Shown: piece by piece, positions 23,197-33,278 of the stretch
Layout: the number at the start of each line of letters is the position of its first letter
How positions within the stretch are numbered: the first letter of the stretch is position 1
NCBI GenBank assembly: GCA_051294905.1
Contig: CM119381.1
Location: 14,632,001-14,696,000, forward strand
DNA: 64,000 bases
Direction of reading: 5' to 3'
DNA from: Botryllus schlosseri
Taxonomy: Eukaryota
Program-made: the position numbers and the translations under genes
The notes under the pieces: generated by a model
The model's database searches: none
What the model was told of the DNA's origin: nothing
The model's input: only the letters and a program-made list of their open reading frames with translations

Positions 23197-26100
23197 TCAA
23201 ACGAGAGACACATCATTCCGATAATTTAGAAGATCAAGCTGAGGGAAAATCTCCTTCAAAACAGAATCCAACATGTTGTATAAGAGTTGCCTATTCAATC
23301 CGCCGTCCTGAAGCGATCTCACGAGACGAGACACGCCGGTCTCAAACGAGGCGCTGCCGACAAGATAGCGCAACCCCACGGGCAACGCGTTTCTCAGGCA
23401 TTCCTCAACGCTCATTGTGATTTCGCGCTTTTTTTCATCACTCAAACGAGACCAAGTGTCTCTTTCGTCATTACCGTCACGCCACTCCCCTTTGGGCCAC
23501 AGTGATTCAATTAATATGGTCAGGTATTTCGTCCAAGCCTCGTCCGAGGTCAGTTCCGCTATCTCCGCGGACAAATACGATTGCACATATCGTTTTAGGG
23601 ACAACGACGTCAAGCATATTTGACCGCCAGCCAGGTCCCAGTTGTGGCGGACCAATTTCAGCAGCAGTTCGGCCGATAGCTCGTAAGGTTCTCTGGCGGG
23701 GCGTTCGGAGTCTTTCGAGTCGCAACCGTCTCCATAACCTCGTTGCGGAAGTCTGCCTTCGAATTTGTGTTCTGAATTTCCGGTGCAGTGCAGGTCGATG
23801 TCTGCTTCTGTCTTCCACGCGAATTTGAAGAGGTCTTGACGTGGCTGCATTGAAGGCATTTTATTTCGTGTGGCTATCATACTTTTGACGAGATGGATAA
23901 TGAAAATTCACAACTACAAAACAGCAAGGGGTATCGTATATACATCTAACATAACAAAATTATTGCACATCAGCACATGTATTTAGTAATGAGTAGGGCA
24001 ATTTTTTTTGACATGTAAAAAAAGTCAAAATTGAAGCATTAGGTCAAAAGCTGTCAAAATTGTTGACAAAGTTAAAAAACTTTTTTGCAACCTGCATTTT
24101 GTTTGTATCGTAGATTTTGCACTGTCGGTGAACTTATCATTTGACATTTTACAGCTTGTAGCCTACTTTATAGGCCTACCGTTGTAGACGGCCCTTTGTC
24201 TACTCATTGTGAATCATAAACATTCCAATGAAACAAATAGGTTGACATGGTGTTATGCTAGGGTTACCATATTTTGGTGAAGCAAATTCCGGACACTCTT
24301 TAGCGCCCACTAGCGGACTTTAAAATGAGGTGTAACACATTGTCCGTCAATATGACGTCACACTAGCAAAGCATCGCCAATCGACTGTGATACACTATAC
24401 AGGAATGGAGTGGAACATAGGTCACGAATTGGGCCATCTGTAATGTGAGCTCTGGTGATTGCTACTTGCTACAGTCTGCAATAGATTCTTCCACGGGCTG
24501 AATGAAATCGTCAGCGGGCCGTGTCTGGTCTGGCAGGATTGTAATTGAAAGCCCTGCTAAACTGTTAGGTCGGTGCGGCTACTGGTTATGTGTTTTAATC
24601 AGGTCCAAAACAACATTTTTTCTGCCCCCTTCCGCCCAAAAGAGCACTGATCTTGGGCCCATCATAGGGTAGTCGATGTAACCAGTTGTGCACTTATATG
24701 CATTTGGCTGTTAAATTTTATGTATGAATTCTGTCAATAATATTGATTCTTTCGTATATTAGGCTACTATAAAATGCACCAGCAGGTTACACATCCGGTG
24801 ATTTCCAACCTTTCATGGTCGCGACCTCATTTCGCACTTGAAAATGTTCCTTGGCAAAAGCTCAAAACTTGATAAGCTGATTACTAAAAAAAATTTAGCT
24901 TGCCCAAACTTACTCATGGCCTAGGAATCTGATTACGTCTAAAGCAGTGGTTCCCAACGTGGGCGGCCTAGGAGGCGAAAATGACGAAGGGTGCGATGGG
25001 GGGGGGGGGCGAAAATAGCGAAGGAGGCGGTGGGGGGGCAATGACGCGTTAAAACGGCTATATAGGAGTCAAGTCGAAGAAATGACCCTTTTTTTTAGTC
25101 AACCCACGGAAATTTAGTTGCAGAAGTGTAAAATTCGACATCGAGCCGAAAAGTTTACTAATATCATTATACGTTGCATTAAGTCGCGCACGACGCAAAG
25201 AAGAGTTTTGAATTGCGTAAATCTGCTTGAAAATATTATTGTTTATGTTAATTTACGAATAACTTTTGAGCCTGTTTTAAGCCTTCAAAATTCCGGACAT
25301 TTTGGCATATTTTAGAAATTCCTCCCGGACGCATATTTTTCAGGGAAATTCCGGACGTATGGCAACCCTATGTTATGCGCGACGTACCGCAATATCCCAA
25401 CTGAAGCAAGACTGCATGGGGATTGCATGGTTCTTATATCAAGAACCGCATGATGAAAAATTGTGCTGTAGACACCATTGCCAGAATGAAGCAAGACGGT
25501 ATGTCACCGGCAGTGTACGCACAACTTCGCTGTTGTCGGCCAACAACTGCTGCTGTTCAACGCTCTCTCTCCATTATTGGTAAGCTACTTAGTAAGGACA
25601 GACACTTCTACCCGACAATGTAGGGAAGTATCTTTCGTTGTACTACAAATTTTTTAAATTATTTCCATCATAATGGGTAATGTAACTACTGGAATTCTTC
25701 ATAGGGCCAGATGTCGTTAAAACAAAACTTTTTCATGTAAGAATTTGTCAGTTTCTGAGGCAAAAGAGTTTTTTTTTTGCCAAACTACTTCGTAAGGGCA
25801 GACAGTTCCAATCAGAAATAAAGATAAGTATTACAATTCTAGCATTATGTGGGAAAACACCTAATTTGCATACCTTAGGTCAAATTTGGTCAAAATTAAG
25901 AATTTTAAGGGAAAAAAATGTCAAAATTTTGATTTTCAAGTCAAAATCTTTCGTTTTTAGGTTAAAAAAATCGCCCTAATCATGAGACAACATTTTCAAA
26001 ATTGCCACACAGTTAGAGCAATACTTAGCAGACTGGTGTTCTACGGGGTCCTGAATTGGAAAAATAAATTCTTTTAGAGAGATGACATAAAAATGGAGGT

Positions 26101-29100
26101 TCGACAACTGCATTGTAATTCTGATTGACAGACATGCCTAGGAGTCAGTCAATATCAAGATGAATCTCGTACAAATGTGTAAATATAGACGTCAATTTTT
26201 AAGGGTCCGTCAAATAGTTTGGGAGCTGCATTGCCCAGCGTCAGTCATTTACCAAGAGCGTCTAATGCACTTTGAACATGAGCCCCTTAGATGTGCGGTC
26301 CGTGACCTTTTCTGCATAATTTGCCCCTATTGCTTTTAGATTTAAGCTCAAGGAGGAGGTCCAGGAATTTTTTACCATCATCAATAGGGCATTGTTTCAA
26401 ATTTTTACCATCACCAATGGGGCATTGTTTCAAAAAGTTTGAGAACCACAGCCCTAGAGAGCAGAATTTATCACAAACTACTCTAGCGAAGTGTTTGTTT
26501 TCAAGCACTACTTACTTCGAATCCCGCAAATTGCCGAGACGTGCTCGCTATCATATGCTGCTTCCCAGTTTCCAATTGTTTCACAGTACCGAAAACTTTA
26601 TTCCTCAATTTCGTGACAGCCCCCACGTTTCCGATTTCCGTTGAAGACAGAGGCGGGTTAGGTACATTTTGATCACCTTCTTTACTCTGTCACAAGTACA
26701 TATATAAAGTATTCTAGTAATGAGAGACTCGCGATGCATCCATGTCACTTACTGCAGTCGCCTCTGTTTGTACTGTTGCATACTCCTCTGGCAAGACGTC
26801 ACTGGTAAATTTCATAGAAGTGCTTCCTAGCAAGTCAAGTATGGCAGACTTGAACAGTTTGTCAAACCTAAATTTTTTCAACGAAAATTCAACAGTGGAA
26901 TGAACACTGAACAGTAAAAGTCCGTATACGTGCTGCCATCAAGCGATAGTGAAGGTATTTAATAAGGTTAGGTCAAAAATTGAAATTTCGAGGGCACATC
27001 ATACCAAATCGATTTCGAATCGAGCATGCAGGGGACATTCTTAATCACATTCAGGGCTGGTATAGTATGAGAGGAATACACAAAGACGGATGGATTCCGC
27101 TAGCTAAGCCTTACCAGCAGTAGGCAGACATTTGATTCAACTGGAAAATATGCAAATAAGCTCCTTCGATATGAAATTACTTTCGATAGTAAAACGACTA
27201 CAACTCAATAATAAATTAACATTATTGTAACATAGCTTATACGTGACTGACGTCCTTTCCCTTATCACTTTTAACCTATGTGCATGTGTTGAGCTTGAGA
27301 TGGTTAGTTTCCACCATGGCACACATATGAATGATATCATATTGAAAACTACCAGAATACCCAATGGAGCTAACACAAGTAGATGCTGTAGAAAAGTGTC
27401 CAACGATTGATCATACCTTGGCATCGATTCCGGTTTTCTCACATACGCAATCCTCGGGTCCGTCTCGTACGCCAAAAATTCACCCAGTTCCTTCGTCCGG
27501 CTGATGTATGGAATCGCTGATATCTGGTCAATTCAGATGCACTATAGCATTTACTACACCACAAGATTTGATTACATTGCTACCTCTCTGAGATAGGCTT
27601 GCAAGAATTTCTTCCTCTGTTCAATGTACTCGGTGTCCATGTTTCCAAAAGGCACAGGAAACATCCGAGACGGGCCTCTGATGTTCGCTATCAAAGTTTT
27701 CGCCACAGCGTTTTGCGACAATCTCTCTTGTAATGCTAGAAACTCCCTGAAACGCCTTTGCACCTGATATCGAAGAAGAATAGTGTCAGGGATTTACATA
27801 TGGACATTGCTGACTTACCCTACCATCTATTATGAAGCTGTTGCAATGTTATTATTCCAGCTTAATATCTGCAATACCACACTCGCCAATTGTGTATGTA
27901 TCTATCTTTTACGCACTGTTTCATGCTCCCAGTTGCTTTATGCTGAATTGTTGCTACGGCCAATGGGGATCTGTTTATTCTGATGTTATTCCTAAATACG
28001 ACATTGTTCATCATAATTTGCCATTTGATTTTACAATTCAACTGTTATATTGTGCTGTTTACTCTAGTTAACTCGAGGTGATAAACTTTAGCATAAATGT
28101 AGTTTTGAAAGAAGATCATTTAAACTTTGTGTTGATACAGGACAAATCGAAGGAAAAAATTGCACTGTACTACATATGAACAAGATGCAACACCTTCATG
28201 AAAGCAAAGTTTTGTGGAATATGTGAGACATCATAGTGGTCTACTTCATAGCAAACTCAACGATAGATGTAAATAGCCTAAAAATGAATTTGAGAAAATA
28301 CCATATGCTTTTTGTTGAATACGCCACTGTTCCGTACATCGCCTTCAGAAGGCACATCATCAACTTGGGATTGTTCTTTGGTGATGTAAGTGATTTTGTA
28401 CAAAGCATACTTCTTATTCGAGTCATACGCTTCCGAAGTAATGACGACATCGACAAGACGAATGCGATGGAAGAACTTTTGCGGCTTCTCACTGGAAAAG
28501 TGTTTGATCAAGTTTAATTTCAATTTCAGCTGTAAAGGTAAGGATATTGTTTTTCTGCGTGGCAGCAGACTGTGTTATTACCATGGCCACAGTAATTTCC
28601 GGATCCGTACCATGCTTACCATTAAAAAGTCTATTGCATTGAATTATAACTCCATACTTTAGATGGCCTATTATTATCATCAGAAGTAGAGTAGTACCGG
28701 AACTTCAATTTATTTGAAGTACTCAGTGAATTTTTGGCTACTTTCACTTGTACTTCAACATTTCTCAAGGTCAAACTGCCTTCTTTCGGTCTCAAACTTT
28801 ATCAAGTAAAAATTACAATTTGGGTAGGTTCATATCCCTTTTACGCGTCAAATGACCATGAAAACCAGCCGATGCAGGGCCTGCATGACTATAATTCCAA
28901 TAACGTTGTTCATCGCCATTAGTCATTCTGCATCAGTCGCAAAAGATGCATCTTGCCATTTGAAGAACTGTCACTGCTGAAAGTATAACCTAAACGCCTC
29001 ACCCAATCCACTTACTCAGTACTATCCAGGACTTCCGACCTTTCTACTTGAGTGTCAGCAATGACTACTTTGACCACAGCCTGAAGGATACCATAATTAC

Positions 29101-30961
29101 TGCGACTAATGACCTTAAAACTTAGCCTAGCCCAGGTATTAGTCAAGCAGTCAGTATTCGTTACCAATCAGGATAAACTACTCGAGAATAGATGAGCTAC
29201 AAAGAAACAAGACCAGCTGAAACGTATCAAGAAGGAGAATTTTACGTAAGGCACTAGCAGACAAAATGTCGTGAACAGCATTGAACCTTACGAACTTGAT
29301 TGAAGATCTTGATTCATCTGACCTACTGGGAATATACCACCATAATAGTAATAGCAAACCTTTTACTTTCCGCAGCAACGTGCGGAATATTATTGTCGGG
29401 CACCAGATGGTCATCGCATTCAGGCGCAAAATGCATTTCAGTGGACAGAAGCGGTAACGGAATGTCTCCTTCGATACTTTGAAATTGGTCACAATTTTCA
29501 TCACCGTTGCTGCATATAGTAGATACGGATTCCGAAAAGCTGGAGGCTGGCTTTCGTAAATCACAGCCATCGGCACTGTCTCTTTTAAGCAGAGGCACAT
29601 TGGTGTCAACATTGTTTTCAGGGAGAGGTAAAACTGTTTCCTCGGAACATAATGACGAAATTGGAACTGATTCTTCCGTATTGCCCTTGTCGTCATTGGT
29701 AATATCATCAACCTTACGATCAATGTCTACGCCGGACCAATCTCCATCGGCTGAATTTTCCATTTGATTGTCTCTGACAACATCATCCGATAAGATCTCT
29801 TTCACAAGTTCCAAGACATATAAAGGATCGGACATCATGTCAACAAGGCTGAATAGCACATTTTGCACAATCAGTTCTCTGACTATGTATAAAGGACTGC
29901 CCGAGACTTTGTAATCCGTAGGTAAAACTTCCTTGAGTAGCAGCAAAGCAACGCCACGCAGGTACTCCATTTCCGAAGTGGGGAAAGCTGACATGACTGG
30001 GTGAATTGCATTTTCCTCGCTGTATGCCACGGCTATATGATGAGTCTTGCTATCGTATTCTTTCCTGCATATATCAAGTAATTCAATCATGAAATAATAA
30101 GGCATGTAATACTATGCTAGGATCAGTGATCACAACGCACGACAACACCAAGATTAACCACCTAAATCGAGTACGCAAATAACAACGATAAAACTTCGCT
30201 GAACAGGAAGCATCCAAACACCAACATGAATAATAGCAAAAAACTAAGGTGTAGACAGATATAACAATATTAAAGCGTTCAGATTACCGTAAGTACACAT
30301 GCTGACAATCGCACAATAGGTAGACAATGTGATTCTGTCTTTAAATACTTTCTCACAATGAAAAATGTTAACGTTAGATCTTACCTATTCAAAAACTTGG
30401 ATTCCGTTTTTGCCGTCGCTTGATTGTAAGCAACAAGATGCTTTGTAAACACAATCAATATTGAATTCAGCAACTTTTCTCTATCGACACTGCTGATTTT
30501 TCGCCGGGAATGGACAAAAATATGCTCAAAGACTTCGAAGGCATCTTGAACGAATGTCACGTCGTCCGTAACAGTTTTGTACCACGACAGAATAAAGTCT
30601 TGAATGATATGTTCTGGAAGAGGCGCAATCTTCTATTATGAGTAAAATTAAGAAAATAGGAGTCCTTACTTGATAATTCTCGGAGCTTTTTGGTGATTTG
30701 ATCATCATGTTCAGGTAATCGGTCTTGTGTGTCAATATTTTTCACGTGTTGCAATGGATGGACATAATGAAATAACAAATCGGAAGGAAAGGCAGAATTT
30801 GTCAACAGCAAGAAATACAAAAAAGAAAGCAGAACGAAGCAAGACAAGAGCAGTTTCAAAATAGGCAAAGATCCACAAAAAGACCACAAAATGACAGTGA
30901 GGATTGAGATAAGGCTCATAATCTTGAGGCTGTTCATCTTCCAAACCGTTCTATTGCTCAT
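23197..30961 (-). CDS. SNX19: Sorting nexin 19-like (TM hairpin - PXA - PX - Nexin_C, no RGS domain seen), multi-exon
   Basis: Exon 30961/30937-30670: hydrophobic N-terminus. 30613-30385: HIIQDFILSWY (PXA). 30064-~29360: EMEYLRGVALLLLKEVLP...RELIVQNVL...MSDP (PXA). 28491-28302 and 27763-27584: VQRRFREFLALQERL...IRGPSRMFPVPFGNMD (SNX19-type PX). 27523-27417: ISAIPYISRTKELGEFLAYETDPRIAYVRKP. Last exon ~23880-23197: LQDGGLNRQLLYNMLDSVLKEIFPQL (Nexin_C). Several middle exons are not resolved. Confidence 0.88.
23994..25978 (+). mobile_element. Non-autonomous hAT derivative in an SNX19 intron, interrupted by a nested element
   Basis: TIRs tagggcaatttttttt / aaaaaaatcgcccta; decayed 8-bp TSD gtaatgag/atcatgag; internal hAT dimerisation-domain remnant PTTAAVQRSLSIIGKLLSKDRHF (25423-25623); collinear with 53251-54126. 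Confidence 0.85.
24259..25370. mobile_element. Nested hAT-type element (TAGGGTTACCATA TIR family)
   Basis: TIRs tagggttaccata / tatggcaacccta; perfect 8-bp TSD tgttatgc (24251-24258, 25371-25378). Removing it restores continuity with the 53.2-kb copy of the host element. Confidence 0.9.
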
Positions 30962-32788
30962 ACAGCATCAGATCATATTCCTCATCGGTGACAGATGTAT
31001 CAGGAAGGCAATGCAAGGCTTTTCCGATGTGAATTGCGAGAAGGTGTTTGCACTAAAATGGCACAACAAAAACAATTGCGGACACGTTTTCGAGTTGATA
31101 AATTGACAGCATGTTGCGATCAGTTGATAGGAGTTGATCGCTTCAGAAATAAGCGCATCATTAACAGACCTTCACATTTACACCTCGGTTCAACAATGAC
31201 AAGCAGCCAAGTGAAACCTGACATTTAGATGTATAATTTTTACATTCCACCATCGGCACTCAATATGATTCATTCATTAGGCACATTCTCGACTAGTGAT
31301 GATTAGGGCAAGTTTTTGTTGCAGTTAAATTGTGGTAAGTTGCATTTATTTTTGACAAAAGTTACAGTAAAAAGTTACATTTAATTTTTCACAAAAGTTG
31401 CACTAAATGACCACATTTTGATCGGTTGAATAAAAAAAAAAAGGTCAACTTTCCAGCTCAGAAATACCCGTAAGAGCGTTGCTTCAGTGCTGATTTACGG
31501 TATTTCAGTCGAATTTGGACATGTATTTCACCAAAAACAAAAATACTTTCATGAAAAATCGAAAAAGTTGCAAAAAGTTGCACTATAAGATTCCTTCAAA
31601 CAGCTTAAAACAATATTCTACATAGTATCTTACGAGTATTTCGGAAGCTGCCGGAAGCTGTAAAAAAAGTTGCAAAAACTTGCCCTAGTAATAATCATTT
31701 GACTGATTCCAAATGTCATTATCATAAAAATATCAACTCGAAACTGAGCTGACCCATACAAGGACCATTGTCGGTGCAAGCGTGCAACTAATAAATCCAA
31801 ACAGAGTTTGAAGTAGAGTAAAAGTAGCTTATAAATAACTCGCAAATGACAGATTTTTCACTACTGAGTCTGTCAGCTAGCTATTGGAACATGCCTATGG
31901 TACTGAAAATGAGGAGAGTGCTGTCTTGCAGCAGTTTCAAGTTGTCATGCATTAGTCATGAGAACGCAAGTCATCAAACTAGAAGCAGCCAAAGAGAGGC
32001 AGAAAGTGGAATTTTGGAAGTTAATTCCAAAACATTTCTCAATCTTTGCTCTATCATACCACTGTAAATTCTGATTCCAAACATGATATTCACTGAATCT
32101 GAAACTGATAACACTCATCTGAGAGCCACTACTAACCAAAATGTATTCACATACATAGTGACCATTAATAGTATAGGAACGTGTGTAAAAACTAGCCTTA
32201 TTCAGCAAATTCCGATGAGCAAGTCAACAACAGGTTGTGCAGTTAACATACCTCATTTCACACCAATAAAACAAGCACCATATGGTAATGCAAACACACT
32301 CACCATTATAAGTTCACATCTCCTCAACACTCCGAAAGTAAAAGAACGACAAGGGCAGAAACTCAAAGTAGAAGGGCAATGATACGATCTACCAGCGCTT
32401 CCAGAGACCTTGTTGCAAAACTGAGTTACTAAATATCAAACAAAGGTTGAAGTGGCACTCTGCTTACTTTGTAAAGATATCGACCATTCAAAGTAACGCA
32501 GCATGTAATGGAACCTTGATCGATGAGATTGAAGGCAGATAGGAGCGTGTCACCGAAAACACAATGCAGTCTAAAAATATTGATACATAATCCATGTAAT
32601 AGATAAATCGCTAGAACAGTCTACTTACAATGACATCAACTCACTGCTCACTGGAAAAGAAAAAGACAAGGCTAAAAGTTTCCGGATATACCATTGATTA
32701 TTTTCATTTTACCAAGTTTATTCTCTTTTCCTTCCTCTTCCACGAGACGAAAAAGCCGCTCTACAGTTTCATCCAACAACGGCCTCAT
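30951..32788 (-). CDS. ZSWIM7: Zinc finger SWIM domain protein 7 / SWS1, 135 aa, five exons (not in the ORF track)
   Basis: Exons 32788-32713, 32650-32629, 32570-32468, 32408-32304 and 31052-30951 all have GT-AG boundaries, are phase-compatible and total 408 nt. Translation: MRPLLDETVERLFRLVEEEGKENKLVSSELMSLLHCVFGDTLLSAFNLIDQGSITCCVTLNGRYLYKVSGSAGRSYHCPSTLSFCPCRSFTFGVLRRCELIMCKHLLAIHIGKALHCLPDTSVTDEEYDLMLYEQ. The SWIM CxC...CxH motif and overall layout match the recalled human ZSWIM7. Confidence 0.9.
31304..31687. mobile_element. hAT-like MITE in ZSWIM7 intron 4
   Basis: TIRs tagggcaagttttt / aaaaacttgcccta; decayed 8-bp TSD gtgatgat/gtaataat. Confidence 0.7.
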
Positions 32789-33278
32789 AGACGCTAATAT
32801 CCAATATCAGTTATGAGCATCCAAGTTCTATGGATCTGCTAAGCATGTTACTAAAAATAAATATATAATTTTACAAAATATATAAATATGATATAAAAGC
32901 ATCCTACTACGACACTGACATTGGGGCAGGTATTACAACAATCAAACTGCATATGAAATCTGAAGGACAGAACACTAATCGAAATTGATAGCACCGATGA
33001 AAATTTCAGAATTAATTTCGAAAGTAACAGAAAATATGCACCAAATCATAATGATCGTCGCTATGAAAATATCTACAACTACTGATGTAAATACTAAACC
33101 AATTGCGGAACCACGGAGACGGAGTGATTAATATTAAATATGAATTAGATATATATGCAACAGGCACCATTGCAACTGATGACTCTTATTGGATGACACT
33201 GTTGCATATGAAGAAAAATCATTGCAATATATAATAACAGGTAAAGCTTATAAGCAGTCCGAACACTCATCAGCATTG

